Positions 56,271-64,000 of a stretch of DNA of 64,000 bases are shown here, piece after piece. The first letter of the stretch is position 1. Each line of letters starts with the position of its first letter. The stretch is from the NCBI GenBank assembly GCA_963714275.1, contig CAVQNT010000001.1, positions 64,001 to 128,000 of the forward strand. Reading direction: 5' to 3'. This DNA comes from Candidatus Bathyarchaeota archaeon. GTDB lineage: Archaea; Thermoproteota; Bathyarchaeia; Bathyarchaeales; DTEX01. A program made the translations under genes and the position numbers. Under the pieces are notes generated by a model. The model was not told the origin of the DNA and made no database searches. It saw nothing but the letters and a program-made list of their open reading frames with translations.

Positions 56271-56839
56271 AAATCACTCACTTGCATTTACCTTGTTCGT
56301 TTGGAATATAAAGCCTTAGACCTTTTGGATTATTTCCAGAGCTCTTCGAGACCCATATCGACAAGACATAAACGTCACAGCCGGGGTTGTTATGTACTAG
56401 CACTCGTAATATTCTTATATTGAAAATTCTCGCGGGTTGAGGGGTATAGAATCCAAAGCGGTACCTTAACTTATAAAGCTCGGCTGAACTTCTAACCGTG
56501 CCGATCATATATATCACTCGGTGATCGTAGTTCAGGCTTCTGCAACACTTGCTTCTTTGATAAGACGGATCTCAGGCTTCCATTTTAAATGGGTATCCGG
56601 GAAACTGATGAGTAACTAAAGTTGACCATAGATAAGAGACTGAATCTTCAGTAAGCCGCAAATACCTTTCATCACCTGTCTCTTCATGCAGATTCAAACG
56701 ATAAGTTGTTTACAACTTGGCAAACATTAAAGCTAGTTGTATCAAAAAATTTCAGATAATTTAAAAAGATAAGAACAACAGATCTAGAGTGATGGAACCT
56801 TCCAAAATATGAATTGGACTGGAGCACGAGGGAACACTT

Positions 56840-57668
56840 ATGAAAATCGCCATATGCAACGAGCTCTTCAAAGGATGGTTATTGAAGGACATTTATGAGT
56901 ACGTTTCAAGGCTAGGTTACGAAGGAGTTGAGATAGCTCCTTTTACAATATCAAACGACGTAAGGATGATAGTGCATAAAGAACGAAAAGAAATCAGTGA
57001 TCTAGCTTCATCTTACAATCTTGAGATTGTTGGAATTCATTCGCTTTTGGTAGCTCCGAAAGGGCTACATCTGACTCATCCTGATGAAAGCATTAGGCAA
57101 CTGACAAATCAGTATCTCTGTGAACTTGTGAAGTTTACAAGTGAGATAGGCGGAAAATTTTTGGTTCTGGGATCCCCGAACCAGAGAAATGTTCTTAACG
57201 GATTGTCTTATCAGAATGCTTGGGAATATGCTAGGCAAATCCTATATGAGTGCTCTCGATTTGCAGAAAAATATGACGTTATAATTGCACTAGAGCCACT
57301 AACTAGACAATTTACTAACTTTATAAATACCGCGGAGGAAGCTATAAAACTCATAAGGGAAGTTTCGCACCCAAATCTTATGCTTAACCTGGACATCTTT
57401 AGCATGTTGGATGAAGGGAAACCTATACCGGATATAATAAGGGAAAGTAAGGAGTACCTTATTAATTTCCATGCAAACGATGACAATGGTCTGGGGCCTG
57501 GTTTTGGAAAGATAGATTATGGTCCAATTATTGAGGCACTGAAGGAGATAAAATATGATGGTTTTCTGTCAGTCGAAGTATTTGACGTTTCTCCAGGTCC
57601 AGAGAAAATAGTCATTGCTAGGCTTGAAAAACCTCAAAGAATTATTGCAAAAAACTACAATAGCCTAG
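56840..57668 (+). CDS. Sugar phosphate isomerase/epimerase (D-tagatose/psicose 3-epimerase-like); frameshift near 57621
   Basis: GYEGVEIAP, VLGSP, ALEPL, NFINT, LDIF, FHAND, SVEVF. Confidence 0.85.
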
Positions 57669-57794
57669 TTTTCTTTGTTTCCTATCCAATTAGTTGGCTA
57701 AACGAAAATGACAAATATAACCTAGCAATAGCATGGAATTACATTTGACTTCGTGTCGATGGCATAAGAACTAAGACTGGATTGTGATTTATTT

Positions 57795-58610
57795 ATGAAA
57801 CTTGCCTTTACAACTTTAGGATGCCCCAAATGGACGTTGGAGCAAATCGTTAAGAATGCTGCCCAAATGGGATTTGATGGTGTAGACTTCCGTGGCTTGT
57901 TGGAAGACGTTGACATTAGTAGGCGACCAGAATTTACAACTAGCATCAACAAGACCAAAAAAATGTTCGCTGACTACGGGGTTACTATTTCAGGCATATT
58001 AATTTCGGCTAGGTTTGCAGTAGTCGATACAGTCGAGAAGAAGAAGCAATTTGATGAGACACAACACAACATGGAACTCGCTGCAAATCTAGGAGCAAAA
58101 ATTGTACGCATACTTTGTGGACGGGTACCTACAGGTTATACTGTTGAAACAATCATGCCAATCTTGGTAGAGAATCTAAGACAAATTGGCGACGAAGCGG
58201 AAAAATATGATGTTACTTTGGCTGTGGAAACACATGATGATTGGACAAATTCCGCAGTCTGTGCCCGAGTGATGTCTCAAGTTGGTCATCCATGTGTAAA
58301 AGTTTTGTGGGATTTGGATAATTCATACCGAACTAGCAGAGAACCGCCTGAAACCACTTATGCTAATCTAGCACCATATATAGTAAATATTCACGTTAAG
58401 GACTCGGTTCTAGACGACAAGGGGCAACCAAGATTTGTCTTACTTGGTAAGGGCGATGTACCCTTGAAAAGGATGCTCGATATGTTGACTCAAGGTGGCT
58501 ATAATGGTTATGCTACTTTAGAATGGGAGAAAAGGTGGCATCCTGAGATCCTCGAACCAGAGGTTGTATTCCCTCAATATATCCAGAAAATGCACGAATG
58601 GCTAGAATAA
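57795..58610 (+). CDS. Sugar phosphate isomerase/epimerase (xylose isomerase-like TIM barrel)
   Basis: TLGCP, GFDGVDFRG, VETHDD, LWD, IHVKD, TLEWE. Confidence 0.85.
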   Translation: MKLAFTTLGCPKWTLEQIVKNAAQMGFDGVDFRGLLEDVDISRRPEFTTSINKTKKMFADYGVTISGILISARFAVVDTVEKKKQFDETQHNMELAANLGAKIVRILCGRVPTGYTVETIMPILVENLRQIGDEAEKYDVTLAVETHDDWTNSAVCARVMSQVGHPCVKVLWDLDNSYRTSREPPETTYANLAPYIVNIHVKDSVLDDKGQPRFVLLGKGDVPLKRMLDMLTQGGYNGYATLEWEKRWHPEILEPEVVFPQYIQKMHEWLE

Positions 58611-58732
58611 CTTTCTAAAAATCCAAGAACCTTGAGAAGGGGCAAGTAACATCATCCCTAAAAATTTTACCTCATATAAAGAAATCGAATTGAAAGGAAA
58701 AATTTATTATCCCAACTAAAGAAGAATCTTCT

Positions 58733-60005
58733 ATGAAGACTGAGAGAAAACTTTTTCTTGACCTCAAAGAATTTGTCGAATCAATCGCAATTGTGGACAT
58801 CCATGCTCACATAGACTGGAACCACCCGCATGCCAGATCTCCCCAAGGCATCCTCTTTTACCATTACATAGCTACAGAGCTTCGATTCAGCAGGCATGCC
58901 CTTTAAATATATATCTCCAACCCTTCCCGTGGAGGAGTCTGTAAAAAAAGCTCTACCTTACTTTCAATTGATAAAAAACACATCATCCCATTGGTGCCTT
59001 ATGAGAATTTTGAAAGAACTTTACAAGTTTGACGATGACGAAATAAACAAAGAGAACTGGAAGGCCCTTATAGAGACTATAAACGAAGGAACAGGGCAAA
59101 CTGACAGATACAAATGGATATTGACTGAAAAAGCTAAAATCAAAAAGACTTTCCTAACCCTAAGATACGACGAAAAACTACCTCAATATGACCCTAACCT
59201 CTTTGTAGGAGCATTAAGACTTGATCCACTCATCAGCCAACTAAATATCGATAACGTCTTGAACCTCGGAAAAGCAATGAGCACATCGATAAACTCACTT
59301 GAAGATTTCGTGGACTCGCTTTGTAAACTCTTTAAAAAAGTTCCCTGCCTCGCAGCCACGGCAAGCTTCCAGCCAGAAGAAACCTTCACAAAACCAGGTA
59401 AACTTGAAGCAGAGAAACCATTTAAAAAGATATTAAGCAAAACCAACTTAAATTTGAAGGAAAGGCAAATAATTTCATCTTATGTGCTTCATCAGGTGCT
59501 TGGTCTGACTGAAGAGTCAAAGCTCGTATTCCAGATTATGCTTGGTGCAAAAAGACCAGTGCCAGGCGCTGCTCCTCCAGACTATGCTATAACTGGATAT
59601 GAGACGACGACAGTTTCCTCTCTTTGTCCTATCTTCCACGAATTCAAAGATCTGAAATTCGACATTTTCACAGCGAACCCTCTTCTGTCACATGAAATTG
59701 CTGTTATCTCAAAAAATTATTCCAATGTTCATGTATCGGGATATTGGTGGTACGTTTTCTACCCCACCTTCATAAAGCAGCTCCTTCGTGAAAGACTTCA
59801 GATGTTACCCCGCAATAAGTCAAATGGCTTCTTCAGCGATGCCTTCGTGGTTGAATGGAGTGACGCAAAATCTAAGATGGTGAGATTACAAATAACAGCT
59901 GTCCTAACCGAGATGGTCAATGAAGGATATATAACTGAAGAGTTGGCGAAGGAATTTACTGTAGACCTTTTATTGCGGAATCCTGAGGTCCTCTATAAAT
60001 TGTAA
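58733..60005 (+). CDS. uxaC: Uronate (glucuronate) isomerase-like amidohydrolase; frameshift near 58885
   Basis: IVDIHAH, LFYHYI, FQIMLG, SGYWWY, FFSDA. Confidence 0.7.
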
Positions 60006-60141
60006 TGAGTATAGACATTATTGAGAGTGAAGATTAGGTCGTCATTGTATAAACTTGATTTTAATTCTTAATAGAAGGTTAAAAAAAGTTTGACCTTGCC
60101 TAAAATCAATTTTTATTCTAACCTTTTGGGTAAAGTATCCA

Positions 60142-61192
60142 TTATGATACTTTTTCCCTTCGAGTTCTAATGATATCCAATAAGAAATCCCATCCTTCAA
60201 TAAACATACTGCGGAACAGATCCACTGGACCGAAATTTTTGAACTCTTCAACAGTAATCCCATCTTCTAAATATGCTTTACGAAAATCGGGAATCTTTTC
60301 TAATAGTTCATCAACAACATGCCTAGGTACAGGAGTGTCTATTCGAAAAACCACAGGAGGATCGGATATAATCAGTTTGTCAGCTGTTCCTTCCCAATTA
60401 ATAGTAATATGCATATCGGCACCAACATATTCAGTGAAATGATGAAGCCCACGTGCCCCCCCTCCTAGCATAACACCGGGATACCTGCGTTCTTTGAAGA
60501 TCCTATACTGCTTTTGGGCAACAATAAATCCAGCTTGCCAAAGTACATCAGGAGATATATCAATGTTATCACGTTTAATGACGTTTCTCAAATATTCATC
60601 AAAAATACCTGTTATATGCGTTAAGTAAAAAGGCGGATGCTTCCCACTTTCCTTTGAAACGCGTTGGTAGAGTTCACAAGTATAGACTGCCTGTGAGATT
60701 GCCATAACCTCAGTTGCTATAATCGGAACATCTTTAACAATAAGAGATTCAATAGTCTTCTAAGCCCTCTTTAGTTACCGGAATCTTTGCTATAGCATTT
60801 TTTCCTAGTTTGCAATATCGTAATGACTCTGTAACAATACGGTTAGGATCGCCGTCGCCATATGGAGACCCCTGTATGGAAACAAATCCTTGCTTGCCTG
60901 GGTTCTTTTTATATAAAGGAAGAAATTTATCCATTATTCGTTTAACAAGACTTTTCTTGGATGAGATCTGCAACTTCATCATCATCTTCGACTCTTTTGA
61001 TTACTTCATCCACAACCCTCAAAACATAATCATGCTCTGTCTTAGGCACGATTTTACTTACATATGTTGGGTTAGTCGTGCAACTAATTGCACCTGCAGC
61101 TGATAGCTTTTATTTGTCTCTTTTAAAGTTGGATTATTAACCCAAAACCTAGTGGGTGTCTGCTCGGTGACACGGTGAAAATATCCTTCCAT
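60142..61192 (-). CDS. Transaldolase family protein; multiple frameshifts
   Basis: PTRFWVNNP, CTTNPTY, VSIQG, AKIPVT, IATE, LGGGARG. Confidence 0.78.
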
Positions 61193-61227
61193 TCATAACA
61201 TCCTCCTAATTAGAATAATATTAGCAA

Positions 61228-61998
61228 TTATAATCTCTTTGAATCAGTTATTTGATAAACTCCCATTCCTGCACAACGTATGACTTGTCCACAAATCATT
61301 CTGGAATCGTCGGAAGCCAAGAAAACAGCTGCATTAGCAGCATCTCGCGGTGTTGCCCATGTCGCAAGTTCTTCTTTGGTTGGTTCTCTGCCGATTCTGC
61401 TGGAGAAGGATAATTGTCCCATCTCTGTTGGCGTGGTAGGAGGTCTAAGGACATTGACTCTGATGTTTAGGGATTTAAAATCAGCAGCCAATGACATGGT
61501 TAACCCTTCCACTCCCCACTTCGATGTAACGTAGGCACATCTAAGCCCATGTGATCCTCCGTAACCAGCGCCTCCTGAAGAGAATGTTATGATGTTGCCT
61601 GATTTTTTCGAGACCATGTGTGGGAGAACGGCTTTGGAGCATAGGAATGTTCCTCTCAAGTTAACATTTAAGGTTCGATCCCAGTCCTTGACACTGATGT
61701 CTACAACGCTGCCGTAGGTCCACACGCCGGCACAGGTAACGAGAATGTCAATGGAGCCTAACTCATCCAAGGTTAGCTGAGCCATAGCATTCACTTGTGC
61801 CTCATCAGAGACATCAACTTCCATGCTTAACGCCCTACGACCGTAGCCACGAACCTCCTCAGCCACTTGCTCCGCGGCTGCTTTATCTTTATCAGCCACC
61901 GCTACGTCAGCGCCTTCTTCAGCAAAAGCTAAGGCTACGCCTTTTCCAATACCTTTTCCGCCACCAGTTATAATAGCCACTTTGCCCTTCAAACGCAT
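61228..61998 (-). CDS. Short-chain dehydrogenase/reductase (copy 1)
   Basis: TGGGKGIG, DVS, CAG, NLRG, YVTSK. Confidence 0.92.
   Translation of the reverse strand: MRLKGKVAIITGGGKGIGKGVALAFAEEGADVAVADKDKAAAEQVAEEVRGYGRRALSMEVDVSDEAQVNAMAQLTLDELGSIDILVTCAGVWTYGSVVDISVKDWDRTLNVNLRGTFLCSKAVLPHMVSKKSGNIITFSSGGAGYGGSHGLRCAYVTSKWGVEGLTMSLAADFKSLNIRVNVLRPPTTPTEMGQLSFSSRIGREPTKEELATWATPRDAANAAVFLASDDSRMICGQVIRCAGMGVYQITDSKRL
61294..61817. repeat. 524-bp near-identical direct repeat, copy A (matches 63477-64000; may extend beyond the window)
   Basis: Read by eye the two stretches differ at only two positions. Confidence 0.9.
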
Positions 61999-62172
61999 AC
62001 AACAAACCATCCAAAACTTTTTAGTAAAAACACAGAACTATTAGTACGCACATATATAAAATTATAATCCTTTATGCAAACGTCGAAGTTTATATTTCCT
62101 TTTTTATTCTACTCGGTAAAAATGAAAAAACTTAATAATTGAACATAAAGATTATGCTAATTGTGTTTAAAA

Positions 62173-63279
62173 ATGTCTGGTAATAAGCGTCTCAAATTTC
62201 ATCATGTACTCATTGACGACCACACAATAGAAACTGGAATGACTTTATGTTTAATAGCCGACATTAATAGAGATGGCTTCAACGACGTGATAATCGGCAA
62301 CAGTTTAAATCCCCCCGAAGAGGCTCACTTAGTCTGGTATGAGTATCCGCACTGGAAAAGGCACATAATTGCAAGGGAAAATCTTGGAGCGGGGGGTGTT
62401 GTTGCTGACATTAATGGTGATGGACGTCCAGATATTGTAATAGGACAATGGGATAGAATCAATGATAATGAGCTTTACTGGTTTGAGAATCCTTCTGACC
62501 CAACTAAGATGTGGACAAGGCATATTTTAGAGAACAGCCTGAAGGGATATCATGACCAAGTGGTGGGAGATGTTGATGGCGATGGCGAAGATGAGCTGTT
62601 AGTGCCCTCGCAGCAAGCAAAAGTGCTGGTCTATTATGATGTTCCTCCTGATCCGACGGTTTCTCCTTGGCCAAGCAAATATCGTCATCTCATCTGCGAC
62701 AATATTGTCATAGAAGGCCTTGCGATTGTTGATCTTGACGGAGACGGAGTAAACGAAGTTGTGGCTGGCCCAAACATCTTCAAGCCGCCAAAAACGCCAA
62801 AAGGAAAATGGTCACGAAAAATCTTGAAAGAGTTTCATGCGAGGGTATGGGAAGGGATAGTATTCTCTAGAACTCGGATTCAGGTGGCTGACATGAATGA
62901 AGACGGAGTTCTCGACTTGGTGATGAGCGAATGCGAAAGCGACAACGGCAGGTTAGTGTGGTTTGAAGGGTCGGACTGGAAGATGCACATGATCAAAGAC
63001 GACCTCTTTCATCCTCACAGCCTAGGTGTGGCAGACTTTGACAAGGATGGACACATGGACATTTATGTGGGAGAAAAAATGCAGAACAACCCCAATGTTC
63101 CTCGCCAGATAATCTACCTTAACGACGGAAAGGGAGACTTCACAGAGCACATCATAGACCTAGGAACCGGAACTCACGAGGCAAAAGTTGCAGACATTGG
63201 AAACACGGGGAAAATGAGTATAGTCGGCAAAACCAGGGTAAGGCCTCAAGTAGACCTCTGGCAAAACATAACCCCCTAA
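62173..63279 (+). CDS. FG-GAP/VCBS repeat beta-propeller protein
   Basis: Repeated ADINRDGFNDV, DINGDGRPD, DVDGDGEDE, DLDGDG, DMNEDG, DFDKDG motifs and WYE/WFENP; no obvious signal peptide. Confidence 0.88.
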   Translation: MSGNKRLKFHHVLIDDHTIETGMTLCLIADINRDGFNDVIIGNSLNPPEEAHLVWYEYPHWKRHIIARENLGAGGVVADINGDGRPDIVIGQWDRINDNELYWFENPSDPTKMWTRHILENSLKGYHDQVVGDVDGDGEDELLVPSQQAKVLVYYDVPPDPTVSPWPSKYRHLICDNIVIEGLAIVDLDGDGVNEVVAGPNIFKPPKTPKGKWSRKILKEFHARVWEGIVFSRTRIQVADMNEDGVLDLVMSECESDNGRLVWFEGSDWKMHMIKDDLFHPHSLGVADFDKDGHMDIYVGEKMQNNPNVPRQIIYLNDGKGDFTEHIIDLGTGTHEAKVADIGNTGKMSIVGKTRVRPQVDLWQNITP

Positions 63280-63398
63280 ACATTAAGCACCAAAAAATTC
63301 CACCCCAACAAGTGAAGCGGAGGAGACAACACCTTAAACACATTATTGCTTTAAGGGAGGAGATAGCCAGATCTTCAATTTAATACAAATTAATTGAT

Positions 63399-64000
63399 TT
63401 ATCTTTTTTTAGACGTGCTTTCAGAGGAATCTATATGATAGACTTCGCATCCATAACAATTTAGCATTTGTCCGGTAATCATTCTGGAATCGTCGGAAGC
63501 CAAGAAAACAACTGCATTAGCAGCATCTCGCGGTGTTGCCCATGTCGCAAGTTCTTCTTTGGTTGGTTCTCTGCCGATTCTGCTGGAGAAGGATAATTGT
63601 CCCATCTCTGTTGGCGTGGTAGGAGGTCTAAGGACATTGACTCTGATGTTTAGGGATTTAAAATCAGCAGCCAATGACATGGTTAACCCTTCCACTCCCC
63701 ACTTCGATGTAACGTAGGCACATCTAAGCCCATGTGATCCTCCGTAACCAGCGCCTCCTGAAGAGAATGTTATGATGTTGCCTGATTTTTTCGAGACCAT
63801 GTGTGGGAGAACGGCTTTGGAGCATAGGAATGTTCCTCTCAAGTTAACATTTAAGGTTCGATCCCAGTCCTTGACACTGATGTCTACAACGCTGCCGTAG
63901 GTCCACACGCCGGCACAGGTAACGAGAATGTCAATGGAGCCTAACTCATCCAAGGTTAACTGAGCCATAGCATTCACTTGTGCCTCATCAGAGACATCAA
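63399..64000 (-). CDS. Short-chain dehydrogenase/reductase (copy 2), 5' end beyond the window
   Basis: Nearly identical to copy 1 except for a divergent C-terminal ~25 aa. Confidence 0.9.
   Translation of the reverse strand, partial: DVSDEAQVNAMAQLTLDELGSIDILVTCAGVWTYGSVVDISVKDWDRTLNVNLRGTFLCSKAVLPHMVSKKSGNIITFSSGGAGYGGSHGLRCAYVTSKWGVEGLTMSLAADFKSLNIRVNVLRPPTTPTEMGQLSFSSRIGREPTKEELATWATPRDAANAVVFLASDDSRMITGQMLNCYGCEVYHIDSSESTSKKR

Noticed and set aside
56278-56700. Minus-strand LHEETGDERYLRL peptide as an (alpha/alpha)6 glycosidase remnant
   Set aside because: Only about 13 residues resemble the motif and the surrounding frames are closed and uninformative.
9-61192. Widespread pseudogenisation or programmed frameshifting
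   Set aside because: Coding signal and catalytic motifs are intact on both sides of each break, there are no slippery heptamers, and the breaks concentrate at AGCT and homopolymers, as expected for sequencing error.
1493-63343. Numerous 60-130 aa antisense or overlapping ORFs in the ORF track
   Set aside because: They are shadows of well-supported genes on the opposite strand or frame and carry no motifs.

Overview
An AT-rich, archaeal-looking accessory/catabolic region. TATA boxes sit about 25 nt upstream of leaderless starts, and there are archaeal tRNA-end remnants, an RHH-V4R regulator, a proline-rich MscL and UPF0182. By gene content this most resembles Bathyarchaeia, which is an inference. 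It contains: (1) a Dpp/Opp-type ABC transporter with aminotransferase, amidohydrolase, two cyclases and a 2-hydroxyacid dehydrogenase; (2) many bacterial-type carbohydrate genes (GH2, GH29, GH5, GHL6/GH42-like, uxuA, uxaC-like, two epimerases, transaldolase, a duplicated SDR, an FG-GAP protein); (3) a rubrerythrin-desulforedoxin-FNR/TrxB redox module plus arsM; (4) a tusA-dsrE-iscS-iscU-TRASH-nadA operon; (5) several mobile-element scars (paired tRNA 3'-end repeats with abutting inverted repeats, a probable Cas1/casposase C-terminal remnant, a broken vapBC plus HTH remnant). About 40 single-base frameshifts split otherwise intact genes. Most of them fall in or beside the tetramer AGCT, which suggests long-read basecalling errors at a methylated AGCT motif rather than real pseudogenes. 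No intact rRNA, tRNA or CRISPR array was seen. All family assignments come from motif recognition, not database searches.
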